DNA of 64,000 nucleotides from contig CAWBZI010000001.1 of NCBI GenBank assembly GCA_963793265.1, positions 1,568,001 through 1,632,000 on the forward strand, given 5' to 3'. This DNA comes from an uncultured cyanobacterium (GTDB taxonomy: Bacteria > Cyanobacteriota > Cyanobacteriia > Phormidesmidales > Phormidesmidaceae). Positions within the stretch are counted from its first letter, which is position 1, and each line of letters starts with the position of its first letter. This document shows positions 51,774 to 60,892 of the stretch, piece by piece. Under the pieces are notes generated by a model. That model saw only the letters and a list, made by a program, of their open reading frames with translations. It made no database searches and was not told where the DNA came from. The translations under genes were made by a program, and so were the position numbers.

Positions 51774-54700
51774 TCAAAGTAATTGAATCTCCCTTTCTTG
51801 AAAAGGCTCGCTCTCGCCTTCTAGAATCAAGGGCACATGCTCTAATACGACGCCGTTTACCTCTAGCTTATATACCTCGGGCCTCAGCCTCTCTAAGTAG
51901 TAAACGCCTGCACCGTTAGTAACCGACACTTTGCGATCGCCCTGCTCGCTCATGGCCTCTACTCGCGCCCCTGCTACGACTGCGCCACTAGCATCTACCA
52001 CCACGCCCGAAACAGAATAAGACAGTAGCAACGGCAATGGCACAGCAGTGTACTGACCTGCCACTACCTCTACCGCATAGGCCAGCGACGCTATCGTTCT
52101 ATCGAGCGGCAGTCCTGCCGGATCGATGTCTAGCCGGTAGGTGTCAGGCGGTAGCGTCATCATTAGTCCATCTGCTTGAGCCGCTAGCTGATAGGTACTC
52201 AAAGCGCGATGGTTTATTTGCAGCAGTAGCTCTGAATCTTCCAGGTACAAGGGCTCTGAGATATCGCGCACGCCATCTGCATCTGCATCTAAAAAAGGCT
52301 GTAGGATCAGGCCGCCCTGAGTTCGAAGCGCTGCCTGATGACGATGACCCAAGCTCAGATGACGCTGAGGGCTGCGATCGCCACCGTTGCGAATACCACT
52401 GTCTTGAACGCCCAGATGTGACACCAGCGAAATTTGAAAGCTGTCTCTGTCCGAAAAAGCTGACACGCCCTGGTAGCGCACCTGCAAATCTAGGCCCTGT
52501 CCGATAGCTGTAGCAGCCGAAACCACTGGCCCCGACCGGCGCGATCCTATGCCATAGCCCAGAGCATAGCGCCATTTAGACTGACCATCTACTCGCTGCG
52601 GCGACTGATAGCGCCACTGGGCGATCACTGCCCACCCGCCCCCCAACGCCACCGTCTCCAAATCATGCGTGCGCGTTTCATGGGTAAGTGCTAGCGTGTG
52701 GCCTGCACCTGCTATGCGCTGTGATTTGTTAGACAGCCGATAGACCAAATCTGAATAGGTCGAGATTTCGTTGCCCTGATGAGCAAACCTCAGCCTTTGG
52801 GTTTGAGTATTTAAGTTCCAGCGAATTCGTTGGCGCGTATCAACAGCAGCGCTTGCACTGCCCGACCAGCTACTTGTCCTGTAAGAAGTCTGCATCCCCA
52901 CAGACAGGGTGCGCGCTCTGGTATTGCCTCTGGCCAGCAGCGCCAGCCCAGGCGACAGCCGCCAATCAGCTTGAAATCGTTGGGAGAAGCGATCGCTATC
53001 AAAAGATAGTCTCAAATTGCGAGCAGGCTGGTAGCGCACATTCGCATCGATTTGCGCCTGTCCCGTCTGCAAATTAACCATTGCAGACATCGCCGCCTGC
53101 AACGGCACGCCCTCGGGCAGATAAAAGACCTCGCTCAGCGTCTGCAAGCTGCCGTCTTGCACTAAGCCCGCACCCACCGTCAGCGACTCACTCAGCCCGA
53201 GGCGATAGGCAACGCCTCCTCTCAATGAGTTGAAATCACCAAGAAATTGCTGGTCGAGCTGCCGATGTCCCATGCCTACAGAAGCAATTAGCGTAGAGGC
53301 ACCCTTGGGTAGCTGACCAGGCAGCGTTGTGAAGACGGCCGAGCGAATTTCGGGCTCGCTGGCTAGCTGACCATTGGCATATAGCTGCACCTGGTAGCCC
53401 TGATTGGAGTATTGGCTAGAGAGCTGACCAGCAGCAGGCACATTTTCAAATCGATAGATGCCTGAGGCGTCAACAATCGTTTCAGCGATCGCACTACCGT
53501 TGAGCCCCCGAGTAAGCTGCACAAATGTACCCGGCGCGGCTTCTCCCACGACAGTGCGGCCAATGGTATCGGCCTGCATTCGCAAACCAGGGTTAAAGCC
53601 ACCGCGAAAGGTGAAGTCGGGCGGCGTGACGTGGCGGCGCTGAACGGTCGTAAGCCCCCAGTAGTTTTGATAGCGGCTACGGGTGCGATCGCTCACAGGC
53701 GATCGCCAAAAAGTAGGCTGAGAGCCCACTACATAGTCGCTATAGTCACCCTGCCGAAGGTATTGCAGTTCGCTAAGTCGCCAGGTACTCGGCTTCATCG
53801 CGTCAGGCTGATCGATGCGAGTATACCAAGATCCGTCGAACGCGCTGCCGACAGCCGATAGCTGAGCGGTGGTACTCGTTAGCGCAGATTGACTTGAGCC
53901 AGTTACTAGCGTGGCCTGACGCACGCCGCCCAAGCTAACAGCAGCAGGCGCAATTGCGGGGAGTCCATCTGTTATCACGGGCCGCGAGCTGACACCTGAA
54001 ATATTAGCTGAGTTGAGCTGATCTAACGACGGCGGATGAAATCGAATCGCGTATTGAGCAAAGCTAAAGTCGGCGGTAATACCCAATGATTTTTCAATCT
54101 CGGCAATAGACATAACTGGCCCCAAATCGGTATCCGTCTGCAGCGTATCGGGGTCGATAGCGGTTGCCAAACCGGGCGCTCGAATCAGCAGCAATCCGTC
54201 ATCTGTAGGCGTAACGCTGCTGCCCAAAGCCGTCATGACATCTTCAAAAGGAATCAGCCACCGATCAAAAGCCAGCGCCGCTTCACCATTCTCTCGGCCT
54301 TTGACAAGGGTGGCTTCTACCGTCGTGATGTCATCAATGGCCAAACCCACCAGCATCATTCCTAGTGCCTCTGGGTTTTGAGAGATCGCTGGCGCTGGAC
54401 TTGCTGTTAGGGTTTGAGCTGGCGAATCTTTTGCTGACTTACTTTCAGCGTGAATAAAGGCGTACTCGCTGGTAAAAGCTGGCAGCGTAGAACCGGGCGA
54501 TCCCCCTTTGCTGATAGCCGCCTCTTTAATATGTAGAGCGTAGTTGACGCGATCGAATTCTACTGAGACACCAAACAAAGCTTCAAGTTCGGCAACTGAC
54601 CAAACAGCACCTAGCTCTGGATCGACGCGCAGCGATGCCAAGTCGATATGGTTGACTACTTCGGGCGATCGCAACTCCAGTCGTCCGTCTGTCTGCACCG

Positions 54701-55103
54701 AAGCCGTAAAGCCCAGCGCTGCGATCGCATCATCAAAAGGAACTAGCCAGCTTTCGAGGGATAGCGCCTGCTGACCATCCTCTGCCCCTTTTACCAAAGC
54801 AGACCGCTCAGAATCGCCCTGAGAACTATTTACGCTCCGTAGCTCTACCATTAGCGTACCGAGATCTGTAGGATTCTCGGTCGCCGCAACGCTCACAGCG
54901 GCTTCTACCTGAGAGGGCAAAACAGAAGTCAACGAAGCTATTGGCGATTCAGGCAATTCATCTAACGGATCAACTGGCGCTAGCAGCCAGTCTTCATCGG
55001 CGGTTATCCCAGCGGCAAAGCTTTCGGTTGGAATATCAGTTTGTTCAGACTGCTCAGCTTGAAGAGGCGCTGCATAGAGAGCATCTGCTATATAGACATC
55101 CAT
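51774..55103 (-). CDS. Large usher-like outer-membrane protein with C-terminal carboxypeptidase-regulatory-like (Ig) domains
   Basis: Long amphipathic beta-rich core, FLD.D.DG.RD..E, G.V......V.GA.V....TN.AG.Y.LE.L; downstream of a PapD-like gene. Confidence 0.7.
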   Translation of the reverse strand: MDVYIADALYAAPLQAEQSEQTDIPTESFAAGITADEDWLLAPVDPLDELPESPIASLTSVLPSQVEAAVSVAATENPTDLGTLMVELRSVNSSQGDSERSALVKGAEDGQQALSLESWLVPFDDAIAALGFTASVQTDGRLELRSPEVVNHIDLASLRVDPELGAVWSVAELEALFGVSVEFDRVNYALHIKEAAISKGGSPGSTLPAFTSEYAFIHAESKSAKDSPAQTLTASPAPAISQNPEALGMMLVGLAIDDITTVEATLVKGRENGEAALAFDRWLIPFEDVMTALGSSVTPTDDGLLLIRAPGLATAIDPDTLQTDTDLGPVMSIAEIEKSLGITADFSFAQYAIRFHPPSLDQLNSANISGVSSRPVITDGLPAIAPAAVSLGGVRQATLVTGSSQSALTSTTAQLSAVGSAFDGSWYTRIDQPDAMKPSTWRLSELQYLRQGDYSDYVVGSQPTFWRSPVSDRTRSRYQNYWGLTTVQRRHVTPPDFTFRGGFNPGLRMQADTIGRTVVGEAAPGTFVQLTRGLNGSAIAETIVDASGIYRFENVPAAGQLSSQYSNQGYQVQLYANGQLASEPEIRSAVFTTLPGQLPKGASTLIASVGMGHRQLDQQFLGDFNSLRGGVAYRLGLSESLTVGAGLVQDGSLQTLSEVFYLPEGVPLQAAMSAMVNLQTGQAQIDANVRYQPARNLRLSFDSDRFSQRFQADWRLSPGLALLARGNTRARTLSVGMQTSYRTSSWSGSASAAVDTRQRIRWNLNTQTQRLRFAHQGNEISTYSDLVYRLSNKSQRIAGAGHTLALTHETRTHDLETVALGGGWAVIAQWRYQSPQRVDGQSKWRYALGYGIGSRRSGPVVSAATAIGQGLDLQVRYQGVSAFSDRDSFQISLVSHLGVQDSGIRNGGDRSPQRHLSLGHRHQAALRTQGGLILQPFLDADADGVRDISEPLYLEDSELLLQINHRALSTYQLAAQADGLMMTLPPDTYRLDIDPAGLPLDRTIASLAYAVEVVAGQYTAVPLPLLLSYSVSGVVVDASGAVVAGARVEAMSEQGDRKVSVTNGAGVYYLERLRPEVYKLEVNGVVLEHVPLILEGESEPFQEREIQLL

Positions 55104-55145
55104 ATATAGTGATTCATAAATTATCTAAGGTCATTCAAAACACGG

Positions 55146-55961
55146 CTACGGCGCGGTCACTGGCAGTTCAAAAAGCTGTGAGTAGGCTTCGCCACGTGTC
55201 GTCCAGCGCATTTCGCCCTTGAGCCGGTAGCTACCGGCTGGTAGCGCCTCTGGCAAACCAATCGAAAAGAGGCGATCGCCCCCAGTCGCCACCGTATGTT
55301 CATTCAGCTCGCCAGCAGCAAAGATTTGCCCAGCAGCTTGTTCAGCGTCTTTTACAAGCTGCCAGCTCAAACTAGCGCGAGCACTTGCCTGCCCCTGATT
55401 ATTGACGAGCACATCAAGCGATCGCCCGTCAGCCGCTACAGTAGCGCTCTGCCCAGCTAAGACCGCAGACAGATCGCCTTGATGTACGTACAGCGTCGAG
55501 CCCACCCGGACATTGACAGCCACCGCACCGGTCTGAGCCGCGCTCTCAACCAGCTCCTCTGCAAAAATCGCTGCTCTGTATTCGCCCGCCGGAAATCCCG
55601 GTGGAAAAAGGCTCAGCACCCGCACCCGCTGTTCTGCGCCTGGCGGAATCACAACCTCGCGCGGAGAGAATTGAAGATACGGAGAAAGATCGGCGGCATC
55701 TTCGCGCAGGCTCACAAAACCGTCACGCCCGTAGGTAAAGGGTTCGGCATAAACTCTCGCCCGTACAGGCCGCTCGGTGCCGTTCGTTAATGTCAATACA
55801 CCTTGCGATCTTCCCCGCTCTGCCTGCTCTTCAAAAAATAGAGGCGACAGCCCCATTTGAGCAAAAGCAGGCGAATAATTCGCTAATACCGCAAAGGGAC
55901 TCACTATCAGGCTACCTACAGTTGCAGCCTTGATATAAAAAACTGATAAACGCATTTTCAC
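55146..55961 (-). CDS. PapD-like pilus assembly chaperone
   Basis: Signal peptide (AFA), G.SPL, L.L.N, FSP....IPPG..Q.VR, GEYRA.IF.E. Confidence 0.75.
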   Translation of the reverse strand: MKMRLSVFYIKAATVGSLIVSPFAVLANYSPAFAQMGLSPLFFEEQAERGRSQGVLTLTNGTERPVRARVYAEPFTYGRDGFVSLREDAADLSPYLQFSPREVVIPPGAEQRVRVLSLFPPGFPAGEYRAAIFAEELVESAAQTGAVAVNVRVGSTLYVHQGDLSAVLAGQSATVAADGRSLDVLVNNQGQASARASLSWQLVKDAEQAAGQIFAAGELNEHTVATGGDRLFSIGLPEALPAGSYRLKGEMRWTTRGEAYSQLFELPVTAP

Positions 55962-56153
55962 AGGTTTGAGTTAGAAACTACTAGAAACTACTACATATAA
56001 AAGAGATGCTCAGAAAGTCACTCAGAACCCTCCCGAACATCTCTACTTCAAAACTCAATCTACTCTCAAAAAAGCACTAGACAGCTATTGATAGAGCCAC
56101 TCAAAATGCTTTTATCAGTTAAAAAGAGGCGCTAGGTTTCAGTTAGCTGGCTT

Positions 56154-56630
56154 TTAGTTGTAGGTGACGGTAACAGGAACCGTAAAGGTATAGGCTCCTG
56201 CTTCGATAACGTCTGAATTGGTAGAGGCTGTCATATCGACAGCAATCACATGTACACCGGCTGGCAAGCTATCGATTGAGGTTGCACCTGATGTAGAAGT
56301 CGTCACGCTAGCTGAAGATGTTTTAGTACCATCGAAATTGGTAGCGCCTACGCTAGCGCCCTGTTCGGGCTCTTCGGTAGCAAGGCTAGAGCTAACAGAG
56401 CAGGTTACTACGACACTTCCGGCAGCGCCGCCTGTCGCTGTAGAAGTCAACGTAGTGGGCTGGTTGTCATCGATTGCTAGCAGCCCTACGGTTGGGACAG
56501 CAAGGCAGCTAGGCGCAACAACAGATGTGTAGATTACGTCTGCATTAGCTTCAGCCGCAGTAGCGCTAGAGGCGATCGCATTTAGCCCGCCAAACGCAAA
56601 CAGCAGACTTGCTAGGAGATAGTGTTTCAT
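56154..56630 (-). CDS. Secreted pilin-like subunit
   Basis: Signal peptide, A/S/T-rich beta protein, two Cys, C-terminal AGAYTFTVPVTVTYN. Confidence 0.65.
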   Translation of the reverse strand: MKHYLLASLLFAFGGLNAIASSATAAEANADVIYTSVVAPSCLAVPTVGLLAIDDNQPTTLTSTATGGAAGSVVVTCSVSSSLATEEPEQGASVGATNFDGTKTSSASVTTSTSGATSIDSLPAGVHVIAVDMTASTNSDVIEAGAYTFTVPVTVTYN

Positions 56631-57081
56631 AGTTGTCTTTCAAATTGTGTTCTTGGTTAATCAAGCTAAAGACAAAAGTCTTGCAAAAAAGCCTTTGCGA
56701 ACAACTCAATCCTCGCTGTCTTCAGCACACAAAAACTAACAGCTATTCTGGCTTCTAACCAGTGGCAAGAATACGGAAACATTACTTTTATTACATTTAT
56801 TTGTAAAAGCGTACTTTCGCTGAAGATCACTTTTAAAGAGGTATGAACGCTCACTTTTTTGAAGCTTTCTGATCGCGATCTGCGAAAGAATAGCTAGCCT
56901 TAGGCCAACACAAAGTTACAGCGCTCTATCCGAAGGCATAAGTAGATGTGCCATAGCGGATGACTTCGCTATTGGTGCTGCAAAATTTTCGGGTTATCCA
57001 CACCCTGCTGGAACAAAACAAAAATGAGGTGAAGTCTGTACAATTCAAGTGAACGAAATAATTGAACTTAAGTAGCTTCTA

Positions 57082-57687
57082 ATGATTCCAACCGTTATCG
57101 AGCAATCGGGTCGCGGTGAACGCGCCTTCGATATCTACTCTCGCCTGCTCAGAGAGCGCATCATCTTTCTCCACGGGCAGGTCGATTCAGACTCTATGAA
57201 TCTGATCGTGGCTCAGATGCTCTTTTTAGAAGCCGAAGACCCCGAAAAAGATATTTATCTCTATATCAACTCTCCTGGTGGCGTGATCAATGCAGGCTTG
57301 GGTCTTTACGACACCATGAACCATATTCGCCCCGATGTAGCCACTATCTGCATGGGCTTAGCGGCGAGTATGGGTGCGTTTTTGCTCAGCGCAGGCACGA
57401 AAGGCAAGCGCATGATTTTGCCAAATGCTCGCGTGATGATTCACCAGCCCTCAGGCGGCGCGCAGGGTCAGGCGACTGATATTGAAATTCAGGCCAAAGA
57501 GATTCTGTATCTCAAAAGCTCTCTAAACGAGGCAATGGCTAGGCATACAGGACAGCCTTTAGAGAAGATCATGGAAGACACTGAGCGCGACTTCTTTATG
57601 TCTCCAGAAGAAGCTGTAGAGTACGGCATCGTAGACAAGGTGATCGATCGTCACGCTGTTGGCTCTCGTCCTACCCCGGTTGAATAG
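57082..57687 (+). CDS. clpP: ATP-dependent Clp protease proteolytic subunit
   Basis: [44 protein letters not shown]. Confidence 0.98.
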   Translation: MIPTVIEQSGRGERAFDIYSRLLRERIIFLHGQVDSDSMNLIVAQMLFLEAEDPEKDIYLYINSPGGVINAGLGLYDTMNHIRPDVATICMGLAASMGAFLLSAGTKGKRMILPNARVMIHQPSGGAQGQATDIEIQAKEILYLKSSLNEAMARHTGQPLEKIMEDTERDFFMSPEEAVEYGIVDKVIDRHAVGSRPTPVE

Positions 57688-57705
57688 TTTCTAATCTTCT
57701 AGAAC

Positions 57706-57750
57706 GCAAAAAGGGCAAGCGCTACTCTATCCAGAGCTTGCCCTTTTTGC
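57706..57750. terminator. Bidirectional terminator
   Basis: GCAAAAAGGGCAAGC...GCTTGCCCTTTTTGC between convergent genes. Confidence 0.8.
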
Positions 57751-57776
57751 TTTAAAGATTTCGACTCGACAAAAGA

Positions 57777-58217
57777 CTATTCGTCTTTATCGAATGAGCA
57801 CTCAACCGTAATGCTCAAATTGCTCTCAGCCGTGCCTTTAGTCACATAAGGCACGCCTGCCTCGCCGCCCACGCGAATGCCAAACTGCAACGTTACTTTG
57901 TCTACATTGCCCTGAGACATGTCCTTGAACGCGCTAAGCGTGTGCGTGGTGTAGGTGCGAATAGTGCCCTCAATGGCCTTAAAGCTTTGGGCTGCGATCG
58001 CTGCTGCCCCACCGCTATCACCGCCACCGCCAGGAAAGCCAACCATCCCCCGAGAGCCGCCACCGCCGCCCCAGCCTTTCTGCCCACGGCGCACTTCATC
58101 TTCTTCCTCGTCGTCATCGCTATCAACATCAACCGTCGGCGGAACGGCCACATCATCAGTCGCCTCTATATAGATTTCGGTGCCGTCTTCTAGCTGAATA
58201 GGAACGAGCTTAGCCAT
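57777..58217 (-). CDS. CU044_2847 / Trypco1 family protein
   Basis: L.DGT.IYIEA, V.L.FGI..GGEAGVPY.TKG.AE.NL.I.V. Confidence 0.75.
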   Translation of the reverse strand: MAKLVPIQLEDGTEIYIEATDDVAVPPTVDVDSDDDEEEDEVRRGQKGWGGGGGSRGMVGFPGGGGDSGGAAAIAAQSFKAIEGTIRTYTTHTLSAFKDMSQGNVDKVTLQFGIRVGGEAGVPYVTKGTAESNLSITVECSFDKDE

Positions 58218-58471
58218 GCTGAAAAATCCTGTGTAGATGTAGGGAGGTAACTGTGAAACGTGAGAATCGAAAGTACGGTCAGGATGCCCATCTACAAAGC
58301 TGAATCATCAAATTATGTTGGAATGTTTCGAGGTGATCGCCCCCTCCGGTTTTCCCTACTACGCAACCTCTCGTTTTTTGTCTACATTGGATGCATTGGG
58401 CTGTAGCAAAGGCCACTTTAGCCAGGGCCCCGAAGCCTATAACCAAATTTGTGACTGAAAGTAGCACGACT

Positions 58472-58936
58472 ATGGCAGACCTATACGTGAGCGAAGATGC
58501 TCAGCAGATTTTACAAATTGCGATCGCTAAAGACACTGAGTCGGGCGAACTTAGCCGCACTCAGCTCCTGGAAATCGCCGCTGAGCTAAATATTGCTCCC
58601 GAAACGCTGTGGTCAGCCGAACGAGAATGGCTTTCTCTTAAAAGCGAAAGCAATCAAAAACTACTTTTTAACCAGCACAAGCGCCAAAAGTTTCAGCACC
58701 ACCTCATTCGCTACACCATCTTCAACGTCTTCTTGCTGATGCTCAACCTCCTGCTTGGTGGCTACGGGTTTGCCGGATTCGTTGCCCTTACTTGGGGTCT
58801 TGCCTTAGCGCTACACGGCTGGCGAGCCTACCAGTCATCGGGCCTTCGCTACCAGAGGGACTTTGAGAAATGGATGCGTCGCCAGCAGGTGAAGCGCTCA
58901 GTTAGCAATTTATTCAATCGCTTTCTCAATGCGTAA
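58472..58936 (+). CDS. 2TM-domain protein
   Basis: Y..ED.QQIL..AIA, QL.EIA.EL.I, HL..Y...N.FL, WG..LALH; start chosen at ATG 58472. Confidence 0.8.
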   Translation: MADLYVSEDAQQILQIAIAKDTESGELSRTQLLEIAAELNIAPETLWSAEREWLSLKSESNQKLLFNQHKRQKFQHHLIRYTIFNVFLLMLNLLLGGYGFAGFVALTWGLALALHGWRAYQSSGLRYQRDFEKWMRRQQVKRSVSNLFNRFLNA

Positions 58937-58938
58937 GG

Positions 58939-60483
58939 CTAGACATTTGCAGGCACTTTCTCAAGCATCAGCTTAGAACTCTTGATCTGCATCGGAATGT
59001 CAATGGGATAGTCCCCCGTAAAGCAGGCCGAGCAGAAGCTATTTACATCTGCCTCAGTCGCTTCTAACATGCCTTCCCAGCTTAGATAAGCCAAAGAATC
59101 GGCCCCTAGCTGCGCCTCAATTTCCTTTACAGACTTAGTTGCTGCAATGAGCTGATCCTGGTTGTCAGTGTCAATCCCATAAAAGCAAGGGTGGGTAACT
59201 GGTGGCGATGAAATACGCATGTGCACCTCTACAGCGCCCGCATCGTAAAGCATCTGCACGAGCTTTCGGCTTGTCGTTCCACGCACAATAGAATCGTCCA
59301 CAATCAAAATTCGCTTGCCCTCTAGCACGTCACGCATCGGGTTAAGCTTCATTCGGATACCGACTTCGCGCATGGCCTGGGTTGGCTGAATAAAGGTACG
59401 GCCTACGTAGCGATTTTTAATCAAGCCTTCTGCATAGGGAATTCCCGAAGCCTCTGAGTAGCCGATAGCAGCCGGAATACCCGAGTCAGGTACTGCCATA
59501 ATCAAATCCACGTCCGCAGGTGACTCCTGAGCGAGGCGCTGGCCGATCCGCTTGCGATAGCTGTACAGGCTTTCTCCGTTGAAAACGCTGTCGGGCCGTG
59601 CGAAGTAAATCATTTCAAATACGCACAGCTTCCGCTCTGTTTTTTCGGCCCACTGCACAGACTTCACGCCGTCGCAGTCGATCCACATGAGTTCGCCGGG
59701 GGCGATGTCTCTTAAGTAAGTAGCGCCGACAATATCTAAACCGCAGGTTTCAGAGGAAACAACGAACTTCCCTGGCCCATAGTCTTCTCTTCCACTGCTC
59801 GCTGAGCGCTTCGTGTCAGGCGCTTCAGCGCCAATGTATCCAAGCACTAAGGGGCGAATGCCGTGTGGATCGCGAGCGGCAACGATGCCTGCTGGGGTGC
59901 CAATAACTAGGCTAAAAGCGCCTTCGCAGCGTTTGAAGGCAGCGATCGCACCATCCACCCAATTATCACCATCATTTACCGCCTCCATCATCGCAAACGC
60001 AATTAGCTCAGAATCAGAAGTCGTCGTTAGGCAGTAATTCTCTCGCTCTAATAGCGCACTCCGCAGGGTATTCACATTTACGATATTGCCATTATGAGCC
60101 AGCGCTAGCTGCCCTAGTCGAGTATCTAGCACGGCGGGCTGAGCGTTCGCGGCGGTGTTAGAGCCAGTGGTTGAATAGCGCGTATGACCGACTGCCCACT
60201 GCCCCGGAATATCTTTGAGCATATCGTCAGTAAACACCTGAGAAACCAGACCCATGCCCTTATGCTCGTGCACGTCGCCCTGGTCGAAAGAAGCAATTCC
60301 CGCAGATTCCTGTCCGCGATGCTGTAAAGCGTAAAGGCCAAAGTAGGTCAGCGTAGCGACATCTTCAGTAGGTGCATACACACCGAACACACCGCAGGCT
60401 TCCTCCGGCTTATCGGGCCGCATAGAATCATTCATTTCAGCAGATATCTCAAGATTCATCGCAGAGTCAGGGGACTGATACAT
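58939..60483 (-). CDS. purF: Amidophosphoribosyltransferase
   Basis: EEACGVFG, LQHRGQESAG, GHTRYST, HNGN, YFARPDS, VDDSIVRGTT. Confidence 0.98.
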   Translation of the reverse strand: MYQSPDSAMNLEISAEMNDSMRPDKPEEACGVFGVYAPTEDVATLTYFGLYALQHRGQESAGIASFDQGDVHEHKGMGLVSQVFTDDMLKDIPGQWAVGHTRYSTTGSNTAANAQPAVLDTRLGQLALAHNGNIVNVNTLRSALLERENYCLTTTSDSELIAFAMMEAVNDGDNWVDGAIAAFKRCEGAFSLVIGTPAGIVAARDPHGIRPLVLGYIGAEAPDTKRSASSGREDYGPGKFVVSSETCGLDIVGATYLRDIAPGELMWIDCDGVKSVQWAEKTERKLCVFEMIYFARPDSVFNGESLYSYRKRIGQRLAQESPADVDLIMAVPDSGIPAAIGYSEASGIPYAEGLIKNRYVGRTFIQPTQAMREVGIRMKLNPMRDVLEGKRILIVDDSIVRGTTSRKLVQMLYDAGAVEVHMRISSPPVTHPCFYGIDTDNQDQLIAATKSVKEIEAQLGADSLAYLSWEGMLEATEADVNSFCSACFTGDYPIDIPMQIKSSKLMLEKVPANV

Positions 60484-60620
60484 GCTCGATCAAAGCTCCA
60501 ATGCAACCGTTCAAACAGACTTTTCTAAGCGCGCGCTTCTGGTCAGCGCTTCCAAACAAACTCTTAACCAAAATAGTCAGGAGACAGACCGCAGCGCTAA
60601 GGCTGACGAAACTGCCTATC

Positions 60621-60753
60621 TAGTCTAGTCGTTTCAAATAGCGCTTCATTGAATGGCTCTTAATTGCAATTGGCTCGATGCGAACAACATCAAAGGCAAT
60701 CTGCACAAGCAATTCAATGAAGCGCTGTAGCCTATGAAACAGCAGCAAGACTA
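60621..60753. repeat. Long inverted repeat in the purL-purF spacer
   Basis: Perfect AGCGCTTCATTGAAT (60640-60654) / ATTCAATGAAGCGCT (60712-60726), extended by GTTTCA/TGAAAC and TAGTC/GACTA. Confidence 0.8.
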
Positions 60754-60892
60754 AACTTAATGTTTTGTTAAACTTTATGTTCAAATCCTATCACTCTCTG
60801 TAGCACTGCTCGCCTAGATTACGTATAGACGCCGCGCTTTTTATACAGAAGCTTAGAGCAGCTGATTTTGGGCTTTCTAAAAGACAAAATCT

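Noticed and set aside
55972..56044. 10-bp tandem duplication and AGAGATG/CATCTCT arms between the pilin and chaperone genes
   Set aside because: Too short to separate from chance; at most an attenuating hairpin.
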